A DNA stretch of 64,000 nt from contig JAUCBJ010006691.1 in assembly GCA_032718475.1 (NCBI GenBank), forward strand, positions 1 to 64,000, read 5' to 3'. The DNA is from Nemertoderma westbladi. Its lineage: Eukaryota; Animalia; Xenacoelomorpha. Positions within the stretch are counted from its first letter, which is position 1. The number at the start of each line of letters is the position of its first letter. A program made the translations under genes and the position numbers. The notes beneath the pieces were generated by a model. It was not told where the DNA came from and did not search any database. It worked only from the letters and a program-made list of their open reading frames with translations. This document shows, in pieces, positions 1 through 11,669 of this stretch.

Positions 1-1865
1 TATATGGTTTTCTAAATGAGTTTACCTTTACTAACTGATCCAGATGTTTCTGCAATTGTTCGAGTTCGACAATGTCTAGAGGATTTATTAGTGGTAGAAA
101 CTTTAAATCATGTGTCGGGTCTTCTGGTTTTACCATATAATATTGAGTCAGATTAACGTAATAAGGGTGGTCTTTAATCCCGTAAAATGAGTTCTGTAAA
201 GGTCTAGCGCGTATGTGGACATCGTGTACCATACGACGGACAAGATCCGCTCGATTGTCCGGAGGTTCAACGAGTATACCGTCAACACGAGCGGCCTCGA
301 TCGGCGGACGCTGTAACATAGGGGCGTCAGCGATAAGGTTTTGCGATCCTGTACTGATATCAACCAGTTGAGGTTGTATCGTCGCGAAGAGTTTATCTCC
401 GAAATGTGGAATCATAGAGGGATGAGACGGTTTTAGAGTAGAGGTCCGTCATGAGGATTTGAGCTTCAGGTTGGGCTAAAGCGGCTTCTTCTCTTTCTTC
501 CAGTTTCGTGTGTTTCTCTTCGATTAGATTTTCTTCCGCTTGTCTCTGTAAGCGTTCATCTAAAAATTCTTGTAGAGAATACGTGCGTCCAAGCTCGATG
601 TCTTCCTCGAGGTTTTGGATTTCTCTATCGAACTGTGGCAAGGCTAACTCCTTCACTGATTGGACTTGTTGTTGTAATTTACGTTTCTCTAAACAATCTT
701 GTGTTCCCTTTCCGATTTTCTGTCGAATGGCGTCTAAAGCGTTTCTTATAACGCTCTCCTCGACTTCCGTGGCGGGTTGTATCGGGTTTAATCCTGGACG
801 ATTGTAAGGATCAAAGGGCGATATTAACTGCCCGCGTCCCAATCCGGCTAAGTAGGATGGGCGGATGTCTAACGAACCTACTACCGGAGCACCACCGATT
901 AGTTGTTCGGGTAACACTAAGTCTTTGAACAGGGAATATAGTTCGGGAGGATCAGTGATACTGTTAGGATCAAGAGTTTGAGGTCTCACTAGGGAATGAG
1001 GAGGCCTGACCGAGTATTCCGGAACTCTGATCATGGGTTTATTCAGTGATCGTTTAAGACGAGCGATCGTGGGTGGTACGTCGAACAGGTTTCGCTCGAA
1101 ACTCCCGTAAGTGTAACGCGTAAAACTATGTTTAGCGCAACGTCTCCGCGGATGTTTGTGTCTTTCAGTTTGTTGGTTGGGTCTAGGGCATTCGTCACAA
1201 TAATACCAAAGACGTATGTCCTGTAGAGGAAACGCGGGTGAACGTTCTCCAGTTTTGCAATATTCTTCCATTTGTTCAAAACTATCCGGGATAACAGGTA
1301 GTAGACGCTCGGCGGTAAGATACATCATAGTGAAATAGAGCCGTTTGAGTTCGACTACAGGGTCGTGATGGATACCTTGAGGATATCGAGTCTCTAAGTT
1401 CTGCTGACTAGCGACGTTGAGATAGGTTTCTCTCAAAAACTCTAAGTATTCGTTGAAGTCGATGCGTTTATCAGGTTCTTCAACGTTTTCTCTTTCCAGT
1501 CTATTACGAATAGAATTTTCGTGATCTATTCTCGGTTTATCGTTACGACTCCGCTGGGTATGATATTTAAATAGAACCATTTCTCTTTCTGTATCTATAT
1601 CGTCCGTATCATGTAAATCGATAGGATGGCCGGTCGTTAGGAAGTCCATATACGTACCATTACGATTCGTATAGCGAGTGGTGAATTTTCGATAGTCCAA
1701 TTCACGCGCAAGTTGCTCTTGGGACATCGGCGGTTCGATATAACGACCATCGTCCTCCGTAATGGTTGGATCGGCTTCACCGCGTATTAAGCTATCCACA
1801 AATGCTTGCAAAGGTAGAGTATATCGCTCCCTAATACCGAGATCATCTTCTATTAACTCCGTCAT
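1..1865 (-). pseudogene. Extra ORF2 of the BEL element (5' part), frameshifted near 425-430 and continuing out of the window
   Basis: Near-identical to 17163-19029 on the + strand. A 2-nt deletion (aaaccgtctcatccc vs aaaccattcgtcatccc) truncates it at 490 aa. Confidence 0.85.
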
Positions 1866-3488
1866 ATCTGCTATCTGAGTTTATCAATATCAAATAAGTT
1901 TGTATTTAGGCAAGCGGGCGTCGCTGCCTACTTTCTTTGCCCCCGGACAGTGGGATTCTCAGCGCCGATGTACCGTCGTCGCGGTGTTTACGCCAACATG
2001 TAGCAACAGCACGACAACGATAACCGGCACAAGTCACACCACTGTCCGTCCCAAAGGCTTGGATCCACTTAGGTTCTATCTATAGGAGAGTTGGGCTATT
2101 TTTACAATTGCGACTAGCTACTGTAAACATACTTTAGTAGTAACATTCACCTATAAACGCACAAATTCCACACAACTGTCAACAACTGCACACACACAGG
2201 CCATTTGTCCGTTAGTCAGTGCCTTCCAGAATGTCACTTTATTACTGTGTATCCTTGGATACTAACAGTGTGCTATGTATTCTCTATGCTAGGCAATGGG
2301 ACAAGCTTTCTATTGTTCTTTTAACTTGCTTCTAATTCTAGCGTGGGTGTTGCTATGGTGACATTATGGAATGCTAGCGGTAGAATTAGGGTAATTCTCA
2401 TGCATACAGATCTGGGATGCTATTTAATAATAATTCTTTAATTGTCAATATCCTCTTTATGCATGATTTTATTAATTTTTATCGGCTATTGACTATATGT
2501 TGGAGATTCTCGCACTCTAATACACTCAACAGGATGAATCTCCGCTCCCATGATCTATTAATTAATGGAATTTTGGGAATGTTATAAATTGTACAAAATG
2601 ACAATTTATGAAATTCATTTAAAAATATGAATTTAAATTTATTCCTGTGAATTTTATTATTTGATGTTAAAATTGACACAATTTGATTCCAGAGCAGGTC
2701 TGGGGACATAGGATCTTTAATTCTATAAAATTGTCTTTTAAGAGTATCGGTAAGTGCTGCGATATCTTAATTGACTAGAAATTTTAAAGGATCTGAATTT
2801 TACAGATTTTAATAAATATTAAATTAATATTTAAGATGGGCACCGATTTATTCCAGAACTTGTCTGGGGACGTTAACCACTGATTCTAGAATTTGTCTTT
2901 CAAGTATATCGGTGGGTGCCGCGATATCTTAATCGACTAGAATTACAGATGGTCAAAAGGTTTAACAGATTTATTTGCGTTTTACGCTACTGTTAGAGGG
3001 ACATCACGCTACTATATGTATTATTATATATGAGGTAGAAGAGCAATATCGCACGAAGCAATGTCAGTGTGAAGAGGCAAGTCGTTTCCAAGGTCTACCC
3101 AGAGCTTGGTTTAGCCGAGACACGAGGATCTGAACTTTGCATTCCTAATACTCTGCCTACCAATAATACTTGAATATAGTAGTGGCTTTATTGTACTTTA
3201 AGAAGTACGGACATTTCATCTTACTGTAGTCATGTATTTATAATATGATACGTACAGTAAGGAAAGAGAAAAAGTTATTTCTCGCCGTCGCACTAAATAT
3301 ATATTATAAGTAATTACGTACGTAATAAACACTAATATATTGCACTAATCTACTAAATAATACTAAAATAACATTCTACTAAATAAAATTGAATAAAAAC
3401 GATTATAATAAAGTACATAATAAAGTTCGCATATAAAAATATAATAAAATAGATAAAACAATATAGTCATACACCCACTCCAGACGTA

Positions 3489-6400
3489 TCACGTTAGGGA
3501 GTCCCTAGATGTTTGAGGAATTAGGGAGGTGGTCGTGGGAAGAGTGTCTTGCCTTCCATAGTTTCCAGAGAGTTCCCTGTCTCTTTCCAGTAAACATAAA
3601 CGACCAACTGGGCGATTGAGTTGTTGCGTCTCAAAGATGATGCCTGGTTTCTTGAAGTTACGCCGCATGACGATGAGTTCTACTGAGCGTACTAAACCAT
3701 CATCTGAAATGTGTGTCTCGATGATACGACCTGTTTGCCACCGTTTACGTGGGAGGTCTGGATCTACAATAAGCACCATATCTCCGGCGCTGACGTTTTC
3801 TTGCTGCGCAAACCACTTAGTTCGAAGTTGTAGCGTGGGCAGATAATGTTTCTCGAAATGGTCAGCGAAACGACGGGATAGCAACTGCATAAGTTGCCAA
3901 GTTCGACGGCAGTATTCGTCTCCGTCGGCAATCTCCGATCGTGGGAGCATGGCTACAGGTTTCTTCAGTAGGAAGTGCGCGGGTGTTAGCGCTTCCAGGG
4001 AATCGGGACTCGATGAGACTGGCATAAGCGGTCTCTCGTTGAGATAGGCAGCGATTTCCTCCATTAACGTCCGCAAAAGTTCGTCGGTGAGATACGCGCG
4101 GCATGGCACTATAAAGTGAAATGCGGTTTTGACACTTCGAATTAATCTCTCCCAACTTCCTCCCCACCAAGGGGCGTCGGCAGCGTTGAAGGTCCAGCTA
4201 GACGCTGTTATCCTTAGCTGGTCGTCCACCTGTCTTTGGTTCCAGTCCTTCACGTAAGCCTGTATCTCGTTGTTGGCACCTATGAAGTTCGTTCCTTTAT
4301 CTGATCTCATGGTATTACTCGTCCCGAAGCGAGCGATCTGTCGTCGTAAACTTAAGACGAAGCTGTTAGTAGATAGATCGTTCACCATATCGAGATGGAT
4401 GGCTCTACAGGTCATGCACACGAAGATGACACACCATCTCTTGACTATAGTCCTCGCACGATATACTTCAATAGGGCCAAATAAATCTACACCAGTATTC
4501 GTAAAAGGTGGTTCATAGAAGCTTACTCGTTCCCTAGGTAATTCTGCCTCTCGCTGTGTTAAAGGCCTACTGAATGCTTTCCTACAGGGTATGCAGTTCC
4601 TAAGAACTTGGTTCAGAGCTCTACGGGGTTTATCAAAATAATAGCGAGTTCGAATTTCGCTAAGAATTCGTTCTCTACCAGCATGGTAAAGTTTACTGTG
4701 AACGTCTACAATCATCTTGATTTGTACTTCAAGATTTCTAATAAGTATGGGGAATTTGGTGTCAAAGGATAAGGGCGCGTTGGTGAGTCTTCCTCCAACA
4801 CGTATTAACCCATCTATCATTGTGCTCGAGAATCGATCCCTTAAGCGCATCTGTGGATTTCTCAACAACAGGAAGTACTTTTCGGAATCCTCATAGCATT
4901 GCAGGAGTCTCAGCATCTGTTTATTTGTTTCTTCATACTCCTGGTGACTAATTTTCTCTTTTAGAAAACGATCAGATATCTTGTATTTGGGTAAATTCTT
5001 AATAACATGAACTTGTGCAGATGTCAATGGAGCGTGATCACTAGTGGTCTTCGTCCTGGAGTAGTGATGATGAAAACATCGTCTTAAATATGTGACGGCT
5101 TTACAGAGCCGATTCCAGGAACTGTAATGATGCATTGCTCTCTGCAGCATGGGTGAGATTCCTTGCGAGACGTCTGGTATTCCAGATTTCCAATCTTTAT
5201 CTCTAATTTCCACAACAGACTTATTTGTGTTGAGGGATTGTGGATCCGAAACATCATTCCCGGAAGTATGTAATACAGATAGATCGATAGTCGGTTTAAA
5301 TAACTTCGATTTACTCGCCCGGGTTTTAGGTTTGACTGTCTCCGCTCCCTTGGCTTGTCTAATTTCTGCCGTAGTAAGGTGAGGAGGCCATTCATCCTCT
5401 TCCTTGCTCAGGAAGTCGGGTCCACCCAACCAATCTGGAGTATCTATCAGTTCCTGTGGAGTTGCTCCCCTGGAGGCGATATCGGCTGGATTAATCGTAC
5501 CAGGGCAATGTCTCCATTGATCTATCTTTGTGCGACTAAGAATAATAGCTACTCGGTTAGTAACAAAAACGCTAAACTGACAGACTTCATTGGTGAGATA
5601 CTCCAACACGAGTAAAGCGTCGGTCCAATAAACCGTTTTCTCCAGTGGATAGTCGATTTGTTCCGTTACGTTCCGGCCGATGGCTGTAGCGTATAAAGCC
5701 GCCTTTAACTCCGCTCGAGGAACCTTTAACTTGTTGTTAATCAATGCCTTAGAGGTAACCAAGGCGACCTTGATTCCATCCGGAGTTTCGACTCGCAGAT
5801 ATGCTACTATACCTATTCCCATGTCGCTGGCGTCTCCAAACACATGGAGTTGATAGGAATACGTAGGAAGAACATGGCCAAAATATGCACGGGAAATTAT
5901 AAAGTTCTCGATGGCAGGTAGAGAATCTTCCCATTTCATCCATTTCTTCAACAATTCTCCCTTAAGCGGATCGTCCCATGAGTGGTTTTCAAGCCACATC
6001 TGTTGTACTAAACTCAGAGCAATCAATATAACTGGGCTAATAAATCCCAATGGGTCAAAATAAGTGCTCAAGATACTTAAACAAATCCGTTTGGTCCGAA
6101 CTGGATTATCTCGCTGTTTCAACTGAAAAAACAGGATGTCTCTTTCAGTGTCCCACTTCAAGCCTAGCGTCTTGGTTTCAGGAAGATCGTCCTTTATTAA
6201 GTCTAGGTCTTTCGCTCCGCGATCTTCTACCGGTATGGCTTCCAGAAACTCACGGGAGTTGCTAGTGAATTTCGTCAGTCGAAATCCACCTCTTTTCAAA
6301 CACTCTACCGTTCCTTTCGCGACAGCTATGGCTTCTTCTACTGATGGAAGGGACCTTAAATTGTCGTCCATGTATATGTTGCGTTTTATGTTGTCTATCA

Positions 6401-9400
6401 CTTCTTTGGAGAAGGAGTCTCGGTTATCATTAGCAGTGGTTCGCACCACGGAGCAGGCGTTGGAAGGGCTTGATATGATCCCAAAAGCCTGGATGGTCAT
6501 CCAGTACTCTACCGGTTTCTGGTTGAGGTCTCCTTCAGGCCACCACAGAAATCTCAGGCTGTCTCTATCTCTATCCAGCGCCTTGACTTGTAAGAACATT
6601 CCTTCTATATCAGAAGCGAACGCGATGGAATATTGTCTTAATCTTAATAGTATTCCCAACAAAGATTGGAGTAAGTTGGGTCCGTGTAACAACTCGGAAT
6701 TGAGGGATTGGCCCATATATAGAGCAGAGCCATCAAATACGACTCGTACTTCTTGGGGTTTACCGGGTTTGGGAACGTAATGATGTGTTAAGTAATACGT
6801 TCTCTCAGTCACTGGTGTTCCTTCCGGTACTCGCTCCGCGTATCCCTTTGTTATAAATTTCTTCAGCTGAGTTTGGTACATTTCTTTCGCTGAAGCATTA
6901 GCTGTAAGGCGTCGATATAATTGAGCGATTCTTTTCTCTGCCAAGGGTCTGTTATTTATAAATCTAGGTTCTCGTTTTCGAAATGGTAGGCCGATTTCAT
7001 ACCTACCTTGGTCCTTTAAAAAACGTGTAGTTGTTTCCTGGATTTGCTTGGCTCTTTCTTCTTCTATCGATAGAGCCTTATCATATGAATTGGGCTCTAC
7101 CAGTTCCTGAGTAAAGAATCGTACAGCTAGTTCGTCCCGAGTTCTAGCGTTGTAGCGCTCTATCTCATCGTTTAGTTCGTCATTGTAAGCGATGGGTTCC
7201 GATGGGTGAATCAGTTGACATAGGTTCACCTGACTTTTCCAAGTTTGGTTTTCTGTAAGTAGGTCGATTGTGTTCTCTTCATCGAAGAGTTGGTAGATGT
7301 CGTCATTATCTGAGGAGTATGGTGTTCCCTCAGTTAGTTCGTCCACCTCACTGCTCTCCACTTCCCAATCGTGTACTTGGTATGTGTGTTCTTGTGGCAT
7401 TCTCTCTTCGAGAGTCCTGCGGGAAGGGCCAGTAAAGTACCAACCTACTCTAGTTCTTACTGCATAGGTTTGCAGTGGCTGTGGTTGAGCAGGCCGTTTC
7501 TCCAATGTTTCGAGCGCCTCATGCGCGTTCTGGCCGATGAGGATTTGCACTCCAGGATAATCTGTCTGGAATCGAGGTATCTCAAGATGTTGGATGCTCT
7601 CATCCTCGTCCCAATTATAAAGGTCTGCTTGAGTAGTAGCGAAGTTCTTTATAGCCACCATTTTTACCGACCTTATACCTTGTGTTCCTAACTTATCCTG
7701 GGGGGTGGACAACACACCTACATAGTAATCTGCCATTAAGGTAGATTTCCAAACCTGCATAATTCCTGACATATTCAATTTAGTCCGGAATTTGGGTTGT
7801 CCAGCAAAGATATCCTCGGCTAATTCTTGATCGATGAATGTTCCTGTGCTGCCAGAGTCAAGGAGGGCGTTCACTATGTAACTTTTATTAAGACCGTGAA
7901 CTCTTACTTGCACTACAGAAAATTCTCTGATTCCTACGTTGGAAGTTGGAGCTTTCCAAGATGGTTGTTTGGCAAAAGTAGTTGGGGGAAACTCATCATT
8001 GGTGACCTTTTCATAAGTAAGTGCTCGATACACTGCGGTATTGATTAGATAACAGGATTCGTTGGCGTCGGAGAATTCGTCAGTATAGAATCCTTCCATC
8101 TCAGACTCCTGATCAGTGTCATTTACATCACTGAATTGGACATGTAGTTCGGGCTCACTTACCTGACTCTGTTTGTCTCGTTCGAACTCACTGTGTAACA
8201 AGATGTGATGTTTCGCACCACACTTTGCACACTTTATGTCAGAGTAACAGGTTCGCCGTTGGTGTCCTGGTCTGAGGCAATTATAGCATAACCGCTTGTC
8301 CCACACAACTGTACGTCTGTCTACAAGGGATTTCTTTAGAAATTCAGCACACGCACTCAAACGGTGGGTCCCGTCGCACAGCGCACAGTTAGGTTTTATG
8401 TTACTCACCTTACCTTGGGTAACTTGATGCACTCTCGTTTTTTCTTCGGGTTTTCTTCGGTGCATTCTGTTAGGAGACTGAGGGGGGGTCTTGGCAACCT
8501 GTTCTCTCCTATCGTTGTTTCGAGCCTTGTATTTACTTACATCTTTTGAGGTTTTGTCAACGTAGTAAGATCGCTCAGTGTCTTTCCCGCTGTCCTCTTC
8601 TTGAGAAACTTGGCTTTCGCCGTCGTCAGTGTAACACACCGGTGTTATTCTTCTCCTAGAAGCGGGTTTCTCACTTACCTTATTTTCCGATGTTTTCTCT
8701 CTGGACTGCTTGATGAGTTGTAGTTTTACCTCACCATCTAAGAAGGACATGAGATCAGCCATGGTAGGACTTCGTCGTTGTTGTTCGTTCATGTACAACA
8801 CTTTCTTATCCCAGCGTGTACATACTCCACCCTTTGGTAAAGTAGAGACTACGGCTCCAATAACCATTGAACTCTGATATTCATGAGACTTACCTAACCA
8901 GTCCAATTGTCTACAGATCTCCTGAATTTCATCGGAAAATTCTATAATCCCGCTACTAAGGAAGTGTCGGGGGGCTACTAATTTTGCATACAAATACTTA
9001 GCTATGTTATCCTTGTTACCATATCTGATGTTTAATGTATCCCATACTTGTCTTAATCCTTCTGGATGTCCAATAAACTTTAACGCCATTAACTTGGGAG
9101 GTCCTTCCAAGCACTTGATGAGGAACCTAAGTTTCTCTCCGTTAGATAGCACAGAGTTCTGTATGCTGTCTTTGTAATATTCGTTGAAAGGTAACCATTT
9201 CATCTCATCTCCATTGAATTTGACGATCTCTCCCACTTTGACCGCTTGGCGGGCTTCTGTTCTAGCCATCTGCCGCGTAAAGCTTTCTTGGGCCATCGTG
9301 TTATTTAATATCGAATTATCGGTATATAAATTTCTCGGATCAGTATCAGGTCTATAGGGAATATCATTAATAACAGGTCTATAATCACCCTTAATAGGAT

Positions 9401-11669
9401 TTGCTATAGGGGTTTCTACTTCACTAGCAGTATAGATGCGTGTAGGCTCCACACCTTGCGCATGTAAGACTTCAGACCTAACAGGTTGACACAATGTTAC
9501 AGGGGGTATTGGTATTCCCTTTTGTATATTGACTAATTTGTCGCGTTCTAGCGCGATACTTTGCTGCACTTCTTGCAATTCGGCCCTACTTTCCCTTACT
9601 GTTCCCTTAAGCTGGTGTACAGTCTCCTGCATCTGTCCTAGCAGGAGATTCATCCCCCGCCGTCCCTCCTCTACCCACTCAACCGCCGAAGCGGGAGTCG
9701 CCAACATAGTAGCGGGCTGACGCGGGACGACGGGAGACAAATCTTTGATTTCTCTCTCAGCTTCCAGGACAGGGATATTCTCATGGACTGTTCTACCGGG
9801 TACAGGCAGTGTAGTACTGTGTAAGGGGAATTTAGAGTTAAGCTCTGGAAGTACAGGGGTCTCTAACACAGAAGTGACTTTGGGAACGACAGGCCTAATT
9901 ATTTCAGGCTCATCAACTATTGTAGGGAGTCTTTTGACCTGAATAGTTTGGTATGTGGGTTCCGTACTCGCTAAGTCTGTGCTAGCTAGTTGTCTTCTAA
10001 CAGCTGGGGGCAAATCAGGCAATTTGTGACGATGAGATGTTTTTCTACGCCTGCTTAGACGAGATCTATTTCCTCCGCCTTCAGGATCGGTGGTTTCACT
10101 TTCTTCCGACGATGTGTATCCCTGGCGTTTGGGAGTAGATTTTCTCATCATTTGCATGTGACTAGCAGTTAACTGTTTATTTATGTTGTCTTGCGTCTCT
10201 TGCAGATTTTCCAACTCCAGTTGGGCAGTCTCCTCAAAGGCTCTCCGTTCTGCTTCTGCCACTGCCTTTGCTGCTGCCACAGTCGCTTTTCTTTCTGCTT
10301 CGGCTTCTGCCGCCGCTGCCTTTCTTTCTGCTTCTGCTTCTGCCGCCGCTGTTACTGCAGTCGCTTTTCTTTCTGCTTCGGCTTCTGCCGCCGCTGCCTT
10401 TCTTTCTGCTTCTGCTTCTGCCGCCGCTGTTACTGCAGCTGCCTTTCTTTCTGCTTCCACTTCGGCCATTGCCGCTGTTACTGCAGCTGCCTTTCGGTCC
10501 TCTATCCGTTTTTTCTTTACTAGTTCTTCTTGGACTCTAGTGAGTCGGAGTTTCTCATCAAACTCAGCTTGGTTAGCAGCTAACATTTCAGCATCGATTG
10601 AATCTAACACACGCTGGGTTCCTTCACTATTGGGAGAAAGTCCAGACAGCCGTCTCCTCAACTCTTCGTCTCCTAGGAATCGCTGATAGTCGGACAGATA
10701 AATGTCGATGGCGTCTCTCGTTCGTGGTTTCTCTGAGGTTTCTTCGCCTTCCACTTGAGAAAGGGTGGCATCGGTTGGTTCTTCATGAGTTAGTCTCTCA
10801 GACAGCTGGGATTTCCACTGGTCTGTTTCTTGGATTTGGAGACCTATCCGCTGGAACCAAGTTTTGACAGCAACCTGCAGTGACGTGTCCTGTCTTCTTT
10901 TGGAAGTTTCCTCAAAAGCTGATAGGATTAGTCGAATGCGTAGGGTTCTTTCGCGTACTTGATATAGCAGTTCTTCCTGCTCTTGAGGTCCTTGGGGTTG
11001 TCGAAACAGTTGTTCTTCCAATCTCTCTAAGGAGCCGAAGAATCCCTGCACATATCCTGCTGCCGACCTCTTCCAAACAGCTGGATCCATCGTATCTTTA
11101 GCCACTCCCATCCTGTGTATATCTTCCCAAGTAGCCTCGGACAGATCTAACGGGAGTCCGGGTCCGGGAAAGTTCCATTGTGACTCGACAATAGACATCA
11201 ATTCTTCCCTGGCGTATCCCGCATAATCATCTTGGGTAGCTCGCTTATTTCTCGCCCAATCTGCTTGATGTTCCTCCACCGCAATCAATATAGTTGTTAG
11301 CACTGCGGCAGGAAGGGTGAGAAGGGGGTCCGAGTAGGCTTTAGTCGTCATCTGCAATCCGCGTTCGGGGGTCAGTTCGACAGTATCCGAACTACTGGAG
11401 CTATCTGATCGCTGGGAACAAGTTTCTTGACTAGGCTGTTGCTGCTGTGGGACAGCTGCTTCCTGGTTCCGTTTGACTTGGGCCCGAGTGCCGATGATGG
11501 ACCTACGGTGTTGGATTAGCTTAGGGTCCGATATCACTACTGGAGGGATGACTTTTCTTTCAGTAGGAGGTGAGCTGAACTCCTTTCTTAAACGCTCCAC
11601 ACTCCTATCTGTGTCACAGATGGTTGTATCGATTAGACTGTCTGACAGGTTATGCTGAGTGTCAGACAT
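3489..11669 (-). CDS. BEL/Pao Gag-Pol polyprotein (2726 aa)
   Basis: Gag core (FNGDEMKWLPF), three Cys/His knuckles (CALCDGTHRLSAC, CYNCLRPGHQRRTC, CAKCGAKHHILLH), protease ALLDSGS, RT YMDD, RNase H (HVFGDAS, PRAELKA, WTDA), integrase HHCC plus DLFGP/SDKGTNF/WERL, C-terminal GDMVLI..PRKRW..GRI. Confidence 0.97.
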   Translation of the reverse strand: MSDTQHNLSDSLIDTTICDTDRSVERLRKEFSSPPTERKVIPPVVISDPKLIQHRRSIIGTRAQVKRNQEAAVPQQQQPSQETCSQRSDSSSSSDTVELTPERGLQMTTKAYSDPLLTLPAAVLTTILIAVEEHQADWARNKRATQDDYAGYAREELMSIVESQWNFPGPGLPLDLSEATWEDIHRMGVAKDTMDPAVWKRSAAGYVQGFFGSLERLEEQLFRQPQGPQEQEELLYQVRERTLRIRLILSAFEETSKRRQDTSLQVAVKTWFQRIGLQIQETDQWKSQLSERLTHEEPTDATLSQVEGEETSEKPRTRDAIDIYLSDYQRFLGDEELRRRLSGLSPNSEGTQRVLDSIDAEMLAANQAEFDEKLRLTRVQEELVKKKRIEDRKAAAVTAAMAEVEAERKAAAVTAAAEAEAERKAAAAEAEAERKATAVTAAAEAEAERKAAAAEAEAERKATVAAAKAVAEAERRAFEETAQLELENLQETQDNINKQLTASHMQMMRKSTPKRQGYTSSEESETTDPEGGGNRSRLSRRRKTSHRHKLPDLPPAVRRQLASTDLASTEPTYQTIQVKRLPTIVDEPEIIRPVVPKVTSVLETPVLPELNSKFPLHSTTLPVPGRTVHENIPVLEAEREIKDLSPVVPRQPATMLATPASAVEWVEEGRRGMNLLLGQMQETVHQLKGTVRESRAELQEVQQSIALERDKLVNIQKGIPIPPVTLCQPVRSEVLHAQGVEPTRIYTASEVETPIANPIKGDYRPVINDIPYRPDTDPRNLYTDNSILNNTMAQESFTRQMARTEARQAVKVGEIVKFNGDEMKWLPFNEYYKDSIQNSVLSNGEKLRFLIKCLEGPPKLMALKFIGHPEGLRQVWDTLNIRYGNKDNIAKYLYAKLVAPRHFLSSGIIEFSDEIQEICRQLDWLGKSHEYQSSMVIGAVVSTLPKGGVCTRWDKKVLYMNEQQRRSPTMADLMSFLDGEVKLQLIKQSREKTSENKVSEKPASRRRITPVCYTDDGESQVSQEEDSGKDTERSYYVDKTSKDVSKYKARNNDRREQVAKTPPQSPNRMHRRKPEEKTRVHQVTQGKVSNIKPNCALCDGTHRLSACAEFLKKSLVDRRTVVWDKRLCYNCLRPGHQRRTCYSDIKCAKCGAKHHILLHSEFERDKQSQVSEPELHVQFSDVNDTDQESEMEGFYTDEFSDANESCYLINTAVYRALTYEKVTNDEFPPTTFAKQPSWKAPTSNVGIREFSVVQVRVHGLNKSYIVNALLDSGSTGTFIDQELAEDIFAGQPKFRTKLNMSGIMQVWKSTLMADYYVGVLSTPQDKLGTQGIRSVKMVAIKNFATTQADLYNWDEDESIQHLEIPRFQTDYPGVQILIGQNAHEALETLEKRPAQPQPLQTYAVRTRVGWYFTGPSRRTLEERMPQEHTYQVHDWEVESSEVDELTEGTPYSSDNDDIYQLFDEENTIDLLTENQTWKSQVNLCQLIHPSEPIAYNDELNDEIERYNARTRDELAVRFFTQELVEPNSYDKALSIEEERAKQIQETTTRFLKDQGRYEIGLPFRKREPRFINNRPLAEKRIAQLYRRLTANASAKEMYQTQLKKFITKGYAERVPEGTPVTERTYYLTHHYVPKPGKPQEVRVVFDGSALYMGQSLNSELLHGPNLLQSLLGILLRLRQYSIAFASDIEGMFLQVKALDRDRDSLRFLWWPEGDLNQKPVEYWMTIQAFGIISSPSNACSVVRTTANDNRDSFSKEVIDNIKRNIYMDDNLRSLPSVEEAIAVAKGTVECLKRGGFRLTKFTSNSREFLEAIPVEDRGAKDLDLIKDDLPETKTLGLKWDTERDILFFQLKQRDNPVRTKRICLSILSTYFDPLGFISPVILIALSLVQQMWLENHSWDDPLKGELLKKWMKWEDSLPAIENFIISRAYFGHVLPTYSYQLHVFGDASDMGIGIVAYLRVETPDGIKVALVTSKALINNKLKVPRAELKAALYATAIGRNVTEQIDYPLEKTVYWTDALLVLEYLTNEVCQFSVFVTNRVAIILSRTKIDQWRHCPGTINPADIASRGATPQELIDTPDWLGGPDFLSKEEDEWPPHLTTAEIRQAKGAETVKPKTRASKSKLFKPTIDLSVLHTSGNDVSDPQSLNTNKSVVEIRDKDWKSGIPDVSQGISPMLQRAMHHYSSWNRLCKAVTYLRRCFHHHYSRTKTTSDHAPLTSAQVHVIKNLPKYKISDRFLKEKISHQEYEETNKQMLRLLQCYEDSEKYFLLLRNPQMRLRDRFSSTMIDGLIRVGGRLTNAPLSFDTKFPILIRNLEVQIKMIVDVHSKLYHAGRERILSEIRTRYYFDKPRRALNQVLRNCIPCRKAFSRPLTQREAELPRERVSFYEPPFTNTGVDLFGPIEVYRARTIVKRWCVIFVCMTCRAIHLDMVNDLSTNSFVLSLRRQIARFGTSNTMRSDKGTNFIGANNEIQAYVKDWNQRQVDDQLRITASSWTFNAADAPWWGGSWERLIRSVKTAFHFIVPCRAYLTDELLRTLMEEIAAYLNERPLMPVSSSPDSLEALTPAHFLLKKPVAMLPRSEIADGDEYCRRTWQLMQLLSRRFADHFEKHYLPTLQLRTKWFAQQENVSAGDMVLIVDPDLPRKRWQTGRIIETHISDDGLVRSVELIVMRRNFKKPGIIFETQQLNRPVGRLCLLERDRELSGNYGRQDTLPTTTSLIPQTSRDSLT

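Noticed and set aside
10183-10686. Antisense Ala/Cys/Leu-rich ORFs
   Set aside because: Shadows of the Gag AAAEAEAERK repeat
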